DNA from: Marsupella aquatica
Lineage: Eukaryota > Plantae > Marchantiophyta
Direction of reading: 5' to 3'
Assembly (NCBI GenBank): GCA_973895155.1
Contig: OZ316893.1
Span: 20,712,857 to 20,776,856, forward strand
DNA length: 64,000 nucleotides
The notes under the pieces were generated by a model. It searched no databases. It had not been told where the DNA came from and saw only the letters and a list, made by a program, of their open reading frames with translations. The translations under genes and the position numbers were made by a program. How positions within the stretch are numbered: position 1 is the stretch's first letter; each line of letters begins with the position of its first letter. Shown here one piece after another: positions 59,274-64,000 of the stretch.

Positions 59274-62267
59274 ATGGCAGGGGACTTGATTGGGGAGGAG
59301 GTGCTGGAGCATCAGCATGGAAAGGCCCGAGTGCGAGTGGCGAGGAAGTGGCAGGGTCCAGCAGGGACTCAAGTGATTGTGGAGTGGTCAGTCTCCATTT
59401 CACTCTCGTCTACAGCCCTGCCTGCGTTCACGTCAGGAGATAATTCCGCCATTGTGGCGACCGACACCATTAAGAACACGGTTAGCTCTCGTTCTTCATT
59501 GCTCTTCGATTCAGCTCGGGATTGGGGCTGTAGACGAGCTCATGAGGATCAGAATTCCTTCTCGCAGCTTGGAGTAGAAGAATGTAACCGGACGCCAGTT
59601 GAAGTAGATGGAAATTATACCTCTTCCAGCTGCAGTTAGACACAACCGTTCGTAATGTACCGTGGTAGTGCAGCGGCGGGCCGATTGTCACGCAGCAGAT
59701 GGTGTGCTATTAGCATTGATTTAAGCTCTACAGATGACTCGTCTCACACAAGTTACTGCAATTGAGTAAATTTGGGAGTGGATTGGATGTAATCACAGGA
59801 GTCTTGTGCGAGTGACCTTGGAATCCTGTTCTCCCTCGTCCCTTAACGTGTTAGTTTTGGCCCAGAATGAGCATCGTTTTGTCAAGTAATTTGTACTAGC
59901 AATTTCTTCTCACATCATTCCCGGCTGACTAACACACACTGATTGGCTTTCCACAGGTCTATGTAATGGCCAAGAAATGCACGCAGCGTCTCACGATTGA
60001 AGAGTTTGGGACCGTGATCGGGAAACATTTCGTGTCTACATATCCCGAGGTGCCTTTACGAGTTATTTTCGATCAAATAGTTTGTCAAGTTGTTCATGGG
60101 CTTTTCTTGAGGATGGGCAAAAATTTCTCATTGTAAGTTCCTGTTGTTAGTCGTTTCTTGGGGTCGATCTAAGTCACACCTTTGTAAAGCCGTTGCACTC
60201 AATTTGACACTAATGCCGTGAGAGGTGCCGTAAGTAATTTCTGTGTAAAGTAGGAACTATGAATCGGCTGCTTTCTCCCGTCTCTTGTTAGGAGGTCAAC
60301 GTGCTCTTAGGAGTCGTGTTGGTGGAATTTCCCCAAGAATAAAAGTCGTTGGCTAATGGGTGCAAGCGTTGTTCTACTGTTGCAGGTATCAGCTGCCAAG
60401 GTAACTCTTATGGAAAAGCCATGGGAGCGAGTGAGTATTGACGGGAAGCCACACGAGCATGGTTCGTTCCCTGTCCTTGATGAGCCAAGTTGTGACGCCA
60501 TTTGACAGCGACTGAGTCCAATAGGAGCCCCACACAGGAATCTTTGTATCTCTAGTCAGATTTGAGATATGTCAACTTAGCTAGCCTCATTCTGAGGCTG
60601 CGTCTAATGGATAGAGATAGACATATGGTGATGACTTGCTACCTCTGCCAGGATTCAAGCTCGGATCGGAGAAGCGGACAGCGGAGGTATACACGACCAA
60701 AGATGGAAGCAGGAAAGTGAAGTCTGGCATTCAAGAACTCATTCTGCTCAAGACCACGCAGGTCTGGAAAGCTCATAACTGTGTCCGTTTTGTTTATCTG
60801 TTGTTCCAGTATTACCTTTGATATTGTTCCTCTTTGTATATAATAATACTTGGGAGTTGTTCGTCAGGTATGTCCACTGTGTTGACAATTCTTGCATTTT
60901 GCAGTCAGGATTTGAGGGGTTTATTCATGATAAGTATACCATCCTTGCTGATACCAAGGAGCGAATGATGGCCTCGTCGGTTCGTGCAATCTGGAGGTAT
61001 GGACATTGAATGCTAGAGGCAGGATGCTTAGGAGATAGATTATGATTCAAGTATATCAAGCGTCGTTTGATTGCCTTTCTTTTGGCCTTCCGTACCTTTA
61101 CTTCTTTAGGTTCCCATGTCATGAAGTGGTTGAGAAATTTGGAGTTAGCCTTTGCTTCCTCTCGAGACGTACGAAGACTATTTGGTTGTTTTCCCCCGTA
61201 AGAAGCGAGAAGATTTTTGACATTTAAAGCTTTTTCTATATCGGGAGCTTGATCGCCACAGGCACATGCATTATTCGGTTAATATCAATTGGGATTCCAA
61301 ATTATGGCTTACCAGCTTCAATTTCTAAAGCCTGTTCTAAGTCTTATCTCATTGTGGCCCCAGTTACTCCGGAAAACCCTCAAGCTATGAGGATGCTTAC
61401 GTGGCAGTCAAGAGTGCGCTGATGAGTCAATTTTTCGGACCGATCCAAGGCGGTGTGTATAGCCCTTCTGTTCAGAACACTTTGTACACTATGGCGAAGG
61501 AGGCACTCGTAAAGTATGTGTCAAGACTCTCGCTTTTGCCTTGGCCATGTCCTTTCATAATTTACTGTTAGTTCCTACCTGTGACTTTCAAAACAGGTAG
61601 TTTGTCCGTCCTGTTGCGTGTTAAGTTGTCGGATTAATTGGTCGTTATCTATTTTCCCTTTAGCTTTCATTGGGTTATAGCAGAAGGTCCTGAAATTGAT
61701 CTGGTCAATTATACTTTGGAAGTCTTGCTGTCGCACGTGCTTCCAAAGGTTGAATGTGGCGGCCATAGCCGGCAGTTGAAGTGAGAGTGATACTAAGCAT
61801 TTTTTTGCTTTATGGCTGCCGTATTTCTGCAGGGTTCCAGAAGTGGAGTCGATCTATTTAAACATGCCAAATATTCATTTCTTGCCAGTGAATTTACCAT
61901 CAATTGGTGTTAAGGTGAGCTTCACTTGCATCAACTGATCTACGCGTTCTGTTGATAAGAATTGTGTGCTATAGATCTCTAGTACATGCAGCTGAGTTTT
62001 TGCTCGCCTTATAGGAGTAGAAATCCAGTAGTTTGACCGTGCTGTTGACTTCCCGTCCACAGCTAAGCATTCTCTAACCTGGAACGACATATGGTCACTA
62101 TCTCGTACTAAGTTTGTTAGTCCCTAACGATCGATCCTTTCCTGATTACTGTACTACTTGTATCTGTACAGTTCAAAGACGACGTTTACCTGCCAACCGA
62201 TGAGCCACATGGATCAATCGAAGCATCCTTGACAAGGAAAGGATTGTTGCCAGTCGCCAAGTTATGA
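59274..62267 (+). CDS. UOX: Uricase (urate oxidase), 8 exons: 59274-59480, 59957-60049, 60386-60461, 60652-60761, 60905-60996, 61364-61513, 61833-61914, 62172-62267
   Basis: HGKARVRV, DNSAIVATDTIKNT|VYVMAK, EKPWERV, LLKTTQ|SGFEGF, YSPSVQNTLY, MPNIHF, PTDEPHGSIEA; C-terminal AKL* (PTS1); all introns GT-AG and in phase. Confidence 0.96.
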
Positions 62268-63068
62268 TGAAAGTATTATGTTGTGATGTAACCTTTGAGG
62301 AGGACAGCACAATTTTGTGCTAATTTTGTCACTTTGTTGACGGCAGGGTAGGGCATTGATGCCATACCGTAAACTGCCTCTGCTTGAGAGAGACGTGGCA
62401 ATTATGTGTGACATATAGGCTGATTACTTTGTTTAGAAAGTTAGTGCAGAAACAGGGTTTGAAAGCATTGGTTTCTGACCTCTCCTTTTCTACAAGTTAG
62501 TCCTATAGAATGCTGTCAACGATTGTAGATGGCTTTTAAACGTCAGGTTAGTTCCTCACGAGTTCGAGATTTTGCTGTTGTATATTTACTTTTGGAAAGT
62601 AGCAAGGATTACGTACATATATTCGTGTGTTATGTTTATATGCATGGTTTTAAGCGACAGTGTAGTGCCTCACGAGCAGGGGTCAGCCATTATTAAAGTC
62701 CAATCACCTTTTTTGACACATTTTAATATCATTTTTATACGCTCTTTCGAAAAAGTGACAAGCATGATACAGATTCCATTCCAACTCAAAGAGTGTAATT
62801 AGTTTGTTATGTTTGCTCGTGTCTGCTTTCCAAATTCGAAAATGAATTGGTTTCTAGGTTCTAGTGCAAGATGGTGCTGTACCCATCAAGCTACATTACT
62901 TGGAATCTTTCTCTCAGCTTATTCTCTGTAAGAAACTTGAGGCAAACCCTTTTTCTAATCGTTCAGAAAAGGTTTATTTCTCTTGCAATCGCATGAGAAT
63001 TATGATCGCAATTGTCAGATGCAGGCTGAACGTGGTGACTAGTCTTAACTCATGCACAAGAGTTGTAC

Positions 63069-63621
63069 CTAATCCTTCATACCAAATGGTAGTCGACAAG
63101 ACACAGTCACAACTGTGGAAGCCACCACTAGCAGATACGACAGCAAGCCTGCCGGTACGAGGGCCGTCGAGGCACTTTCATTTCGAGCAGGTATCCCGAA
63201 CGTTTCTGCACATGGACAAGATGGAACTTCGGAACTTTTCTTGGCTCGGCTTGCTCAAAATATTGGCCTCCTTAAATTTGCCTTGGGTTTCTCCATCAGA
63301 AAGTTGCATAATAATTTAGATTCTTAGAGCGAAATTGGTTTGTTGCAATGACTATTCTGTGCTGTTTTAAATTCCATTGGTGGTAATGGGAAATTTTCGA
63401 GTGCAACATCGAAGAGTGGAAATTCTTTTGGCATATCTGTCACCTCCAACTGTGAAATGAAGTGGCGAGTTGCTAATTTGAGCGCCTCCAGATGTGATCG
63501 TCGCAATGTAATCTCCAGTGTAAATGGGCGTAATGGGCGCCAAATAGTAGCCACTCTCGCTGTAGCTGTCCGGTTCTGGAGGAATTTGCAACGTTGCAGG
63601 CCCTCCGCTACTTGTCGTCAC
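63069..63621 (-). CDS. 3' exons (63621-63444, 63205-63069) of a filamin/Ig-fold protein with hydrophobic C-terminus; gene continues upstream
   Basis: GYYLAPITPIYTGDYIATITSGGAQISNSPLHFTV fits the filamin repeat end (G.Y.I.V..G..I.GSPF.V.V); a phase-1 GT-AG intron joins ETFGIPARNESASTALVPAGLLSYLLVVASTVVTVSCRLPFGMKD*. Confidence 0.6.
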
Positions 63622-64000
63622 CTAAGTGCTAGGTTCAATCACAGAAAAATGTCGTCATCAGTGCTGCCTTTCCAGTCCAGGCAGAACCTTGTTTAATGGA
63701 TGCCAAAATCTGGCATGGCTAGGGAGTGAGCAAGCCTAAATGTCTTGGAAGTCTCTCGAGGGCAACAAACTGGCACGAAATTTCAATTGATTAATCATCC
63801 TGTTAAAAAAAAGCTTCCGATTGGATGGGGTGGAGGGGTTGTTCAGATTGGGCCCGTTACAACGACTGGAGGTTAGGTGGAACTAAGTAGTATAAGTTGA
63901 AGGTGAAAGACATGATGTGGAACGACTCATCATTGGTATTCTAGCAATTGAACATTTTACGCTAGTATGGATTATGCAGAAATCGTCCTCTGTTTTCTCA

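Overview
Eukaryotic land-plant genomic DNA with spliceosomal introns; the gene style suggests a bryophyte or liverwort, which is an inference. The dominant structure is a direct duplication at offset 15,610 bp: 1-5500 matches 15611-21110 with no difference seen. It covers the 3' end of a secreted GH31 alpha-xylosidase/alpha-glucosidase and an intronless LRR receptor kinase whose kinase domain looks WAK-type. The left receptor copy is cut at the junction (5500/5501) and lacks kinase subdomain XI and the C-tail; the right copy is intact. Other genes: HUA2-like (PWWP+CID), a family-1 UGT, an intronless NUP62, an 8-exon uricase, and the 3' end of a filamin/Ig-fold gene with a hydrophobic tail. Repeat islands at about 5.5-10.7, 41-46.4 and 53-58 kb hold solo LTRs with TSDs, a decayed Ty1/copia, foldback elements, Helitron-type ends with minisatellites, and tandem repeats. 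The stretch 21.5-32 kb is largely unexplained. All alignments were made by eye.
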